32,000 bases of DNA, taken from Microcystis aeruginosa NIES-2549. Lineage in GTDB: Bacteria; Cyanobacteriota; Cyanobacteriia; Cyanobacteriales; Microcystaceae. The notes under the pieces were generated by a model that saw only the letters and a list, made by a program, of their open reading frames with translations, was not told the origin of the DNA and made no database searches. Below, piece after piece: positions 9,424-18,004 of the stretch (the stretch's first letter is position 1; each line of letters begins with the position of its first letter). The position numbers were made by a program, and so were the translations under genes. The DNA lies in NCBI RefSeq assembly GCF_000981785.2, contig NZ_CP011304.1:4260001-4292000 (forward strand), in the 5' to 3' direction.

Positions 9424-9511
9424 ATCAGTTATCAATGATTCAGTTCTCAGTTATCAGTGATTCAGTTACCAGTTATCAGGTGTGAGTTTACAGTTTACTG
9501 TTTACTGTTTG
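9424..9511. repeat. Degenerate heptamer (STRR-like) repeat tract
   Basis: cagttat/cagtgat/cagttac/cagttta/ctgttta units. The last units overlap the nth stop and its final codons. Confidence 0.7.
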
Positions 9512-10154
9512 CTGCGGGACAAAGAGAGGCTAATTGACAGGAAAAACAAGCGGGATTTCTTGCTTTACAAACCGCCCGGCCGTGGTAAATAATACTAATA
9601 GAAAAAGTTTCCCAATCCGGTTGAGGTAGTAAAGCCATTAAATCCCGTTCAATTTTCACCGGATCGTTATTAGTAGTTAAACCCAAACGATTACTTAAGC
9701 GCTTAACGTGGGTATCTACTGTCACCCCCTCAATAATCGCGTAAGCGTGAGCAAGTACCACATTAGCCGTTTTTCTAGCTACTCCGGGTAAAGTTAATAA
9801 TTCCTCCATTGTCTTGGGTACTTCCCCCTGAAAATCCTTAAGAATTTTTTGACAAGCACCCTGAATATTTTTGGCTTTATTGCGATAGAATCCCGTGGAA
9901 CGAATCAGAGTTTCTAACTCCTCTCGCTCGGCAAAAGCTAAGGATTTAGCATCGGGAAAACGAGCAAATAAAGCAGGAGTCACCTTATTTACCCGCTCAT
10001 CAGTGCATTGTGCCGAGAGGATCACTGCCACCAATAACTGCACGGGAGTTTGATAATTTAAGCTACAGGTTGCCTCTGGATATAATCGCTTTAAGTTGCT
10101 TAAAATCTCTAGGACGTGCAGTTGAAGCTGAGTTTTTTTTCGAGGGGCCATCAC
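9495..10154 (-). CDS. nth: Endonuclease III
   Basis: 219 aa. HhH-GPD region LLTLPGVARKTANVVL and a C-terminal 4Fe-4S cluster loop CKARNPACFSCQLASLC. Confidence 0.9.
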   Translation of the reverse strand: MMAPRKKTQLQLHVLEILSNLKRLYPEATCSLNYQTPVQLLVAVILSAQCTDERVNKVTPALFARFPDAKSLAFAEREELETLIRSTGFYRNKAKNIQGACQKILKDFQGEVPKTMEELLTLPGVARKTANVVLAHAYAIIEGVTVDTHVKRLSNRLGLTTNNDPVKIERDLMALLPQPDWETFSISIIYHGRAVCKARNPACFSCQLASLCPAANSKQ

Positions 10155-11251
10155 TGGAATAAATCCTGAAAAACTGCTAGGTTAGCCGTGTCGCGCACGA
10201 TTAAGAAAACTCCTAATCCTAAGAGTAAAACTAGACCTGTTTGCATGATGTTATCTTGCAGTTTAGTTGGGAGAGGTTTACCTACTAAAGCCTCGATTAA
10301 TAAAAATACCAACTGACCACCATCAAGAGCAGGTAAAGGCAGAATATTAATCACCGCTAAGTTAATACTAATTAGGGCGGCAAATTGAAAAAGATTACCC
10401 GCATCATTACGAGCGATTGCTGCTCCGTATTCAACAATTTTAACCGGTCCGGCTACCTGTTGAACATTTTCTTTAAAGTTACTAAATAACTGCCCAAAAC
10501 CTTGAATGGTTAATAGGATTAATCGTTGAAATTCACCCGCACCCAAGCTAAAAGCTTGACCAAAATTATCGGCTTTCAGGTGAGTTTCTTCACCGTTAGG
10601 AGCCAATCTCACCCCAATTTTACCCTGACCATCACTGCCCAATTCAGGAGTAACAATTAAATCGAGAGTTTCTGTGGGGCGTTTGATGGTTAATTTTAGG
10701 GGTTGATCGGGGGAAGATTGAATAATGTCACGGAAGTCAATAACGGCATTTTGAGAAGCACCAAGGGGCTGATCATTGATAGCGAGAACAATATCACCCG
10801 CTTTCATTCCCGCTTGTTTAGCGACGGAATTTTCAGCAGTGAAAACCTCTGGAATAATTACCCCTTCTTGATAGTTAATTTGGGGAAAACCCACCGTAGC
10901 GACTTGGGTAACAAGCAAAAAATAGGCAAAAATTAAATTAGCAATTACTCCCGCACTAATGACGATAGCTCGATCGAAAACGGGACGATTGCGTAATAAA
11001 TCAGGATCGTTATTGGGAATTTGACTATCGGGATCGTCATCGGGAAAACCAACGTAACCCCCTAAAGGAATGGCGCGGAGGGCGTATTCTGTTTCTTTAC
11101 CTTGATATTTAGCTAAAGCTGGACCAAAACCGATGGAAAAGCGATTAACATGGATAGATTGCCAACGAGCAGCGGCAAAATGACCTAATTCGTGAACGAC
11201 AATTAATAGGGCAAGGACACCGATCGCTATTAAAACTGACATGATGATCAA
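10151..11251 (-). CDS. rseP: M50 site-2 (RIP) zinc metalloprotease with a PDZ domain
   Basis: HELGHF zinc motif at the N-terminus, a central PDZ-like segment (GMKAGDIVLAINDQPL) and a C-terminal LPLPALDGG motif. There is a 4-nt overlap with the nth start. Confidence 0.85.
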   Translation of the reverse strand: MIIMSVLIAIGVLALLIVVHELGHFAAARWQSIHVNRFSIGFGPALAKYQGKETEYALRAIPLGGYVGFPDDDPDSQIPNNDPDLLRNRPVFDRAIVISAGVIANLIFAYFLLVTQVATVGFPQINYQEGVIIPEVFTAENSVAKQAGMKAGDIVLAINDQPLGASQNAVIDFRDIIQSSPDQPLKLTIKRPTETLDLIVTPELGSDGQGKIGVRLAPNGEETHLKADNFGQAFSLGAGEFQRLILLTIQGFGQLFSNFKENVQQVAGPVKIVEYGAAIARNDAGNLFQFAALISINLAVINILPLPALDGGQLVFLLIEALVGKPLPTKLQDNIMQTGLVLLLGLGVFLIVRDTANLAVFQDLFQ

Positions 11252-11391
11252 AATATAATGAATTAGCTTTTGTTAATTGTAAGCGATCCTCCCGGGCAGA
11301 TTGCAAAAAATCTCTAGTTATCGCTAATTTTTCGATCATTTATGCTAAAAGTGATCTTAACCGCCTAATTTGACCCGACGGAGAGCGATCG

Positions 11392-11955
11392 ATGCCTTTG
11401 AGTGAGCGCGCCCAGCAATTAATCCCAAAAGCGAGAATCATCAGTTTCGCCAATTGGCCCTATCAGCAAGCAGCGATCGCTGTTTGGCAACAAGCGGATG
11501 ATCTAAATCGCTATCTCAGCGACAGCGATTTAGATACTATCGTCAATTTAGAGCCTGATTTACTGGTTTCTAGTCAGCAAGCTCGAAAACTGCGGTATAA
11601 TGCTAATAGCATCGTCGATAACGCTCGTCAGGCTTTATTAAGCCAATTTCCTACCATTCTCCAACCCGGAGGCGATCTTCATCCACCCCACCGCGCCGAA
11701 GCTTGTTGGCGTGATTTCTGGAACTTTTTACGCTGTATTACCTACGGTGTCGCCGGACAGCAGATTCCCTACACCAGTGCCGAGGGATTGGAAAATATGC
11801 GTCTTCTTTACCAAGAATTACAAGTACCATTAGGGGCGATGATTTCGGGGTTAGAAGCCTTAAAACAATACAGTTTAGATTATTTTAGCGACTCAGAAAA
11901 AACCGCAATTGCTCCCTATTTCGATCACTTAATTACGGTTATGAAAAAGTTTTAA
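11392..11955 (+). CDS. Phycobilisome-protein family (phycobiliprotein-like globin fold) protein
   Basis: 187 aa. RAEACWRDFWNFLRCITYG resembles the Cys-x-RD chromophore-site region of phycobiliproteins, and YLSDSDLD resembles their N-terminal helices. Confidence 0.55.
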   Translation: MPLSERAQQLIPKARIISFANWPYQQAAIAVWQQADDLNRYLSDSDLDTIVNLEPDLLVSSQQARKLRYNANSIVDNARQALLSQFPTILQPGGDLHPPHRAEACWRDFWNFLRCITYGVAGQQIPYTSAEGLENMRLLYQELQVPLGAMISGLEALKQYSLDYFSDSEKTAIAPYFDHLITVMKKF

Positions 11956-12134
11956 AACTGCGGCATTTAATCTGTGTTAAAATAATAAGGTCAACGGTTG
12001 AAAATGCCGCTCACCGAGGTTAAAACTCCGTTGAACCCATGAAATCATCGGCGCGGGTGGGCCTCTTAGGGCCACCAAAAACCTCGATCGAGTGCCTGGC
12101 GGGTCGAGGTACTTTATAAAATGAGGGAGATTCT

Positions 12135-12725
12135 ATGGATGCCAAAGCGAAATTACTAGAATTGATCGCTGGTAGAAATCGCGGACTCCTGGCCACGGAA
12201 AGCGACCGCGTGCGGATTTTGGCGGCGATCGAACAATTGGAGGACCACAATCCCCATCCTCATCCCCTCGAAGTTAAACAACTATTAGGGGGCAATTGGC
12301 GTTTACTATTCACCAGCAGTCGCGACATTCTGGGACTAGATCGCCTACCTTTTTTTCAATTGGGGCAAATTTATCAATATCTTGACCTGAACAAGGCCAA
12401 ACTCTATAATATTGCTGAAATTACGGGCGTACCTTGGTTAGAAGGAGCAGTGATCGTCGCCGCTACCTTTGAACCCACCTCCGAGCGTCGGGTCATGGTC
12501 AAATTTGAGCGATCGATCCTCGGTCTGCAACGTTTTCTCAATTATCATTCTCCCCAAGAATTTATCGACGCGATCGAAAGTGGCAAAAAATTTCCTCCCC
12601 TCGATTTTTCCTTCAATAATCGTGAACAAAAAGGTTGGCTCGATATCACCTATCTCGATGAAGATCTCCGCATCGGCCGCGGCAGCGAGGGCAGCGTCTT
12701 TATTCTGGCTAAGGAAAAAACCTAA
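12135..12725 (+). CDS. PAP/fibrillin family (plastid lipid-associated-like) protein
   Basis: 196 aa. The KAKLLELIAGRNRGLLATESDRVRILAAIEQLE N-terminus and LLGGNWRLLFTSS are hallmarks of fibrillins. Confidence 0.8.
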   Translation: MDAKAKLLELIAGRNRGLLATESDRVRILAAIEQLEDHNPHPHPLEVKQLLGGNWRLLFTSSRDILGLDRLPFFQLGQIYQYLDLNKAKLYNIAEITGVPWLEGAVIVAATFEPTSERRVMVKFERSILGLQRFLNYHSPQEFIDAIESGKKFPPLDFSFNNREQKGWLDITYLDEDLRIGRGSEGSVFILAKEKT

Positions 12726-13153
12726 CTTAAGATATGTCGGGAGTCAGGAGACAGGGAACAGCTATCAGGAAGGCTCTCTTAGGTTTGCTGGGTAAAATGT
12801 ATTCTAAGATACATTCTTGCGGGCAAGTGAGTGGAACGAACCACAGAGACACAAAGGACACAAAGACCGATCACTACTATATAAGTTAAACTTATCACAC
12901 AAAGAATAAGAGAGCCATCAGGGATCGGATTTGATACTAAATCCGTTGAGTATAGGCCACTTATGAGGAGAGGCAAAAGGCAATAATTTGCTATAATCAG
13001 TCTAGGATATACGAAAAATTTTCAGATATTTATTCCGAGAAATCGACTAAAAACGTTGCCAGATAAGGATTTGAGAGAATGACATTTGAGAGAATGAAAC
13101 GACCCTAGTATTAAGGGGCGAGCCATCTTCGATTTAATTATAACCAGCTACTT

Positions 13154-13179
13154 AACTGATAACTGATAACTGATAACTG
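13154..13179. repeat. Heptamer tandem repeat (aactgat)x3.7, STRR-like
   Basis: Direct reading. It abuts the bolA stop codon and the 23-bp MITE-end copy at 13132-13154. Confidence 0.85.
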
Positions 13180-13431
13180 TTATTTTTCTGCTGCCCAACT
13201 GTCGGGAGTGTAGGTTTTTAATGCCAAAGCATGGATGGCTTCGGTAGCCAGTGCCGATTGTAAAGCGCCATAAACCATTTGATGCTGTTTAACGCGGGTT
13301 TTGCCAGCAAATTCGCCAGAAATAACCACCGCTTCCAAATGATCGCCACCTCCCGTCAAATCCCGAATCATCACTTGTGCATCGGGGATTTGTTCTTGAA
13401 TCATCGCTTCTACTTGGCGAAAGTCAACCAT
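13180..13431 (-). CDS. bolA: BolA-family protein
   Basis: 83 aa. [28 protein letters not shown] and [11 protein letters not shown] are typical BolA motifs. Confidence 0.85.
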   Translation of the reverse strand: MVDFRQVEAMIQEQIPDAQVMIRDLTGGGDHLEAVVISGEFAGKTRVKQHQMVYGALQSALATEAIHALALKTYTPDSWAAEK

Positions 13432-13502
13432 CGTAACTCCTCAAAACAATTAAAGATACTCTGATCCCATTGTTACCGAAAGCTCGTCAATAGGGACAAA
13501 AT

Positions 13503-14099
13503 TTACTGCCGTGGGGGGGAGTTGTTAGGAGTTGCCGAGGTGGGAGTCGGTGCGGAGATGGGTGTGCTGACAAATCCCATCTCGTAGAGTTGTTGATAGC
13601 TTTTTTGTCCTAATTCACTGGTGGGGTTTTGGGATTGAATCACCTGAATTAACAAAGGAACCGCCAATTCTGGCTGATTTTGCGCCCTATGGACCAAAGC
13701 AAGCTTATAGGTGGCTTCATCCCGCATTTGTCCCGTGTTTAAAGCACTTTGACGCTGAGAATCGAATACTTTCGGGTCAATTCCTGAGAAACTATTAGCT
13801 AATTGCAGATGATAGTTAGATAGTTGGTTAAAAATCCGGCGCGCTTGATTGAGTTTGTCCACAGCGACACTGTATTTAGCGGCATTAATAGCGGCGTTCG
13901 CTTCTTCCACTAAACGTTGTCCCCCCTGAAGACTCAGGACACTATCGGCTTGATTTAAGGGTTTTAATTCGTTAGGATCGCTGGCAGGAGTGTTAGAGTC
14001 GGGGGTTTGTGCTTGTCCGTCAGGTGCGATCGCAATAACTAAACCGATCACCAGAGTGAGCAGATAAATTAAACTATAAGGCTGTTTTCGTTTAACCAT
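13503..14099 (-). CDS. Hypothetical secreted or periplasmic protein
   Basis: The ORF extends to 14246. The most plausible start is MVKRKQPYSLIYLLTLVIGLVIAIAPDGQAQ (signal-peptide-like) at 14099. Helical, Q/N-rich, with a P/T-rich tail. No family recognised. Confidence 0.5.
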   Translation of the reverse strand: MVKRKQPYSLIYLLTLVIGLVIAIAPDGQAQTPDSNTPASDPNELKPLNQADSVLSLQGGQRLVEEANAAINAAKYSVAVDKLNQARRIFNQLSNYHLQLANSFSGIDPKVFDSQRQSALNTGQMRDEATYKLALVHRAQNQPELAVPLLIQVIQSQNPTSELGQKSYQQLYEMGFVSTPISAPTPTSATPNNSPPRQ

Positions 14100-14380
14100 A
14101 AAATTTCTCGACTTAATGTTCCCCATGGGAACGGCTATTTTTTTTAACATCGACAACTGACCTATAGTAGCTTTTTTGGGGCAGTTTCGATCCGACCCCA
14201 GCTTTCTAGACGTTGGATCTAGCGGTTTTGTCGCCATGGCAAGCACTGATTTTTCCCAAAGAATCAGTACAAGTCCCCAAAAAGTTAGTTTATCCCCCCG
14301 ATTAATGGTTTAAATACCGATAATTCACCCGTTGGAAGGCTGCCCAGATAGAATAAAGAAAAAGCAGGAGTTTAGTTGAA

Positions 14381-14962
14381 ATGTCTTTATCACTGATTAC
14401 TCGTAAGTTTACGGTGGAAGAATACGAAAAAATGACAACCGAGGGAATAATCAAACCCGATGAAAAAGTGGAATTAATTCGAGGAGAAATTATCAAAATG
14501 TCACCGATGGGAACCCGTCATGCTGCCTGTATAGCTAGATTAACACAGTTATTTTATCGAAAATTCGGTGATCTTATTCTGTTAGGAGTGCAAAACCCGA
14601 TTAGATTAAATAATAATTCTCAACCAGAACCAGATTTAAGTTTACTAATACCTCGATCGGATTTTTATGTTGCTGCCTATCCTTGTCCTCAAGATATCTA
14701 TTTAATTATTGAAGTTTCCGATTCTACCCTCGATTATGATCGCTATACTAAAATCCCTCTTTATGCAGAGGCAAATATTCAAGAAGTTTGGATCGTTAAT
14801 CTCAAGGAAGAATGTTTAGAAGTTTATCGCCATCCGCTGCATGGTAGTTATCAAGCTATTCAGAAATATTATCGAGGTGAAATTATTTTTATTGAATCCT
14901 TTCCAGCAATAGAGTTAACTTTAATTGAAATACTCGGCAATAAAAGTGAGATCAAGGGGTAA
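14381..14962 (+). CDS. Uma2-family (DUF820) putative restriction-endonuclease-like protein
   Basis: 193 aa. FTVEEYEKM, ELIRGEII, and a PD-(D/E)xK-like core EPDLSL ... IIEVSDSTLDYDRYTKIPLYAEANIQEVWIVN. Confidence 0.85.
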   Translation: MSLSLITRKFTVEEYEKMTTEGIIKPDEKVELIRGEIIKMSPMGTRHAACIARLTQLFYRKFGDLILLGVQNPIRLNNNSQPEPDLSLLIPRSDFYVAAYPCPQDIYLIIEVSDSTLDYDRYTKIPLYAEANIQEVWIVNLKEECLEVYRHPLHGSYQAIQKYYRGEIIFIESFPAIELTLIEILGNKSEIKG

Positions 14963-14964
14963 AC

Positions 14965-15108
14965 TTAGATTTCGTCAGGATTAATGCCTAATTCCCGCAG
15001 TTTGTTCGCTAATCGTTCCGCTCGTTGTTTTTCCTGATTATAGCTAGTGAAAGCTTGTCCATCGGGATAAAAAAGCAACATTTCCGGTTCCCCTAACTGA
15101 AATTGAAT
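14965..15108 (-). pseudogene. C-terminal remnant of a second Uma2-family gene
   Basis: The minus-strand translation IQFQLGEPEMLLFYPDGQAFTSYNQEKQRAERLANKLRELGINPDEI* matches the typical Uma2 C-terminal tail. Stops (TAA TAA) lie immediately upstream and there is no N-terminal part. Confidence 0.55.
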
Positions 15109-15133
15109 TTATTAATTGATTTTTGAAAAATGG

Positions 15134-15277
15134 TAAGTAGCTGGTTATAATTAAATTTAAAATGGATTTTGGGTTCGATCCCCCCTTAGTCCCCCCTTGA
15201 TAAGGGGGGTGTCGATCCCCCCTTAGTCCCCCCTTGATAAGGTGGGTGTCTGATAATTTTTAACGCCTACCTACTTA
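15134..15277. mobile_element. 144-bp MITE with AGTAG.../...CTACT termini and flanking TA, carrying two 37-bp hairpin modules
   Basis: Ends read tgg-TA-AGTAGCTGG ... CCTACCTACT-TA-taag. Inside are 2 x gatccccccttagtccccccttgataagggg(g/t)gtgtc (15177-15250). The right end tctgataatttttaacgcctacctactta is homologous to 18576-18596. Confidence 0.6.
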
Positions 15278-15341
15278 TAAGCCAATAACACCACTCCAAA
15301 GGGGTCTAGTATAATTAGAAGAGGTTGATCAAAGGGGGTTT

Positions 15342-17696
15342 ATGGACGATAAAACCACAAAGCCGGAAGCATCGGAATCTGAAGAGAAAAAAGAATCAGA
15401 TTTTGACCAGGAAAAGGAACAGGCTCAAGTTTGGACGGGAAAAATCACTGCTTTTGTTGCCCATCAACTCCGAACCTCCGCTCCTTCCCTTCCAATTATC
15501 GGGGGTAGCATTACAGGTATCTTAACTTGGCTTAGTCAACATGACACGGTTAAGGCGATTATTGTCGGGGGAGTCACCTTTATCGTCACGGGCTTTTTTA
15601 CCTACGGATCAGCCTGGAGTCAAGGGTTTTTAGAAATAGCAAGAACCAAAGGTAAAAATCATGGTAAAGGTTCAGCTTTAAGCTTTTTTGTTTGGCTAGA
15701 CAAAGGACTGGAAAAAATACGTTGGCAATTAGCTAATCCTGACGGGAAATATTTAATTAAATTACGGGATTCAGATTGTCGTTATGATGATATTGAAGGG
15801 ATTGAAGATGCAATCTTTGGTTTTTCTACCCCAGAACTAGAAGAAATTTTTATTAATTTGGATCTGAGTCAATTAGAACTGCGCTCAGAAGAAGAGTCTA
15901 AAGGTACGGGGGATGATATTTGGGATTTATTGCGACGGGCTAAAAAGAGGACAAATTTACGGTTGTTAATTCTGGCTCCTGGTGGCCGAGGAAAAACGAC
16001 TTTATTGCGTCATTTAGCCTATAACTACGCTCTAAAACAACCGAAACAAAATGCACCTTTTTTAATTCCTGTCTTTTTACGTTTACGGAGATGGCAGGAA
16101 GTGATTACCACCACAGAAGGATTGGATTTACCAACCTTAATTGAGCGACATCTTAAACAAGATATTTCTCAAGAATTAGATTTACCTCAGCACTGGGCTA
16201 AAAGTCATTTAACCCGTCAGCGAATGTTAGTGATGTTTGATGGTTTTGATGAAGTTAAACCCGAATATGCCGAAAAAATCAGTCAATGGATTGGCAAACA
16301 GTGGCATGATTTTCGCCAAAACTATTTTATTTTAACCTCTCGTCCCAAAGGCTATCAAGCGTTTAGCTCTGAGCATAAACCTCGACAAAAGGTGTTTATT
16401 AATGAATTTACCGATAAAAATATTCATGATTTTGTCTATAAATGGTATTTCTGGCAAGAGCAGGAAACCAGAGTTAGCAGAAGTTTAAAAGCTAAACAAG
16501 AAGCTGCCGACAATAAAGCAAAGGATTTAATTAATCAGTTATTTGCTCTCGATGATTCCGGGGAAAGTTCTACTCTATTAGCCTTAGCGAGAAATCCCTT
16601 AAATCTGAATATGATAGTACAGTTACATCGGGCAAACTTTGGCTCGGAACAAAAATTACCTCAGCAACGAGTGGATTTATTTCGCCGAATTTTTGATCTG
16701 CAATTGATCACTCGCCCTCAAGCTAGGGGCATTGATATGATTTTAGATAATAATGAGGAAAATCATCGTCAACGGGTATTGCAACAGTTAGCCCTGAAAA
16801 TGGGAAATACAACCACGATTGAATATTCAGAATTACTGAGTTCTATACAAAATTTTATTCAGGAATTGGGTTATCCTGAAAGCACTTCGGCTAAGGATTT
16901 TGTAGAGCGGTTAATTCATGTGAGCGAGTTAATTTTGAAAAAGGATGAATACTATGAGTTTGCCCATAATCTTTTTCAGTCCTATTTAATTGCTTTGGAG
17001 ATTAAACGGTTAAAGCAAGAAAATTTACTCTGGGAAAATTGGGAACAAAATCTCTGGTACGAGACTTGCATTATGTATGCAACTTTATTGACTAATCCGA
17101 CTGATTTTATTGTCTATTTTTATAATCAATCTAATCCTAAAGCTCAGGGATTAGCGGAGCGATGTTATCGAGAATTACCTGTTAAAAAACGTCGAGGTTT
17201 GGAATTTTTAGAACAAAGACGACAGACTTCTCTCTTTACTCAACTAGAAACCTATCTGAAAAATGGCCAATGGCGCGAAGCCGATGAAGAAACGGCGCGG
17301 TTAATGTTGTTAATTGCTAAAAGGGAAGATGAAGGCTGGCTAGATGAAGAAAGTGCTGAAAACTTTCCCTGTGAGGAATTACGCACCATTGACAAGCTCT
17401 GGGTAGATAATAGCGGCAGCAAATTTGGCTTTTCTGTGCAGAAAAAAGTCTGGCTGGATTGCGGTGGTGTCCCAGGGGAATACGATTATGATGTGTATAA
17501 AAAATTCGCTGACGAGGTGGGTTGGCGCAGGAGCGGAAACTGGTTGAGCTATGATGAGCTAACTTTTTCATTAGAGGGTAGTCAACACGCATACCTACCG
17601 TCACCTTGGTGGAGGGTCGTGGGGCGCACACCAGGGGGGGGGGTTGGTCGCCGCGTGTGGTGGAGGGTATCTCTTTTCTCGCGCAGCGACTTGTAA
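15342..17696 (+). CDS. STAND NTPase: N-terminal transmembrane segment, NACHT domain and C-terminal GUN4-like domain
   Basis: 784 aa. Two hydrophobic helices at about aa 35-90. Walker A LILAPGGRGKTTLLRHL (aa 209-224) and Walker B MLVMFDGFDEV (aa 295-305). C-terminal YLKNGQWREADEETARLML ... LRTIDKLWVDNSGSKFGFSVQKKVWLDCGG ... VGWR ... LTFSL resembles cyanobacterial GUN4 domains. TATAAT at 15310 and a G-rich RBS lie before the ATG. Confidence 0.85.
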   Translation: MDDKTTKPEASESEEKKESDFDQEKEQAQVWTGKITAFVAHQLRTSAPSLPIIGGSITGILTWLSQHDTVKAIIVGGVTFIVTGFFTYGSAWSQGFLEIARTKGKNHGKGSALSFFVWLDKGLEKIRWQLANPDGKYLIKLRDSDCRYDDIEGIEDAIFGFSTPELEEIFINLDLSQLELRSEEESKGTGDDIWDLLRRAKKRTNLRLLILAPGGRGKTTLLRHLAYNYALKQPKQNAPFLIPVFLRLRRWQEVITTTEGLDLPTLIERHLKQDISQELDLPQHWAKSHLTRQRMLVMFDGFDEVKPEYAEKISQWIGKQWHDFRQNYFILTSRPKGYQAFSSEHKPRQKVFINEFTDKNIHDFVYKWYFWQEQETRVSRSLKAKQEAADNKAKDLINQLFALDDSGESSTLLALARNPLNLNMIVQLHRANFGSEQKLPQQRVDLFRRIFDLQLITRPQARGIDMILDNNEENHRQRVLQQLALKMGNTTTIEYSELLSSIQNFIQELGYPESTSAKDFVERLIHVSELILKKDEYYEFAHNLFQSYLIALEIKRLKQENLLWENWEQNLWYETCIMYATLLTNPTDFIVYFYNQSNPKAQGLAERCYRELPVKKRRGLEFLEQRRQTSLFTQLETYLKNGQWREADEETARLMLLIAKREDEGWLDEESAENFPCEELRTIDKLWVDNSGSKFGFSVQKKVWLDCGGVPGEYDYDVYKKFADEVGWRRSGNWLSYDELTFSLEGSQHAYLPSPWWRVVGRTPGGGVGRRVWWRVSLFSRSDL

Positions 17697-17720
17697 CCTG
17701 TAATATATCACAGATTTAGA

Positions 17721-18004
17721 CATCTTAAACCAGTAAAAAGCCCCCCTTATCAAGGGGGGTTGGGGGGATCAAACCTATGCAATTAACCCATCATCTTAAA
17801 CCAGTAAAAAGCCCCCCTTATCAAGGGGGGTTGGGGGGATCAAACCTATGCAATTAACCAATCATCTTAAATCAGTAAAAAGCCCCCCTTATCAAGGGGG
17901 GTTGGGGGGATCAAACCTATGCAATTAACCAATCATCTTAAACCAGTAAAAAGCCCCCCTTATCAAGGGGGGTTGGGGGGATCAAACCTATGCAATTAAC
18001 CAAT
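17721..18004. repeat. 71-bp tandem repeat x4; each unit contains the hairpin palindrome and the DUF559 start codon region
   Basis: The unit is catcttaaaccagtaaaaagCCCCCCTTATCAAGGGGGGttggggggatcaaacctATGcaattaacc(a/c)at. Anchors at 17721, 17792, 17863 and 17934 give a period of 71. Confidence 0.9.

Noticed and set aside
12726-13131. A long bolA-fibrillin spacer with ggagacagg- and cacagagacacaaagg-type repeats and the 65-aa ORF 12779-12976.
   Set aside because: The sequence looks like degraded dispersed-repeat/MITE debris. The ORF is repeat-encoded (LCVLCVSVV-type peptide) and has no start context. The boundaries are not definable from one window.
15165-15185. A GGTTCGATCC sequence resembling a tRNA T-arm.
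   Set aside because: There is no acceptor, D or anticodon stem in the flanks. The motif is the start of the MITE hairpin module.
17317-17631. A 104-aa ORF antisense to the GUN4-domain coding region.
   Set aside because: It lies fully inside a well-supported gene on the opposite strand, and it has no motifs or start signals.
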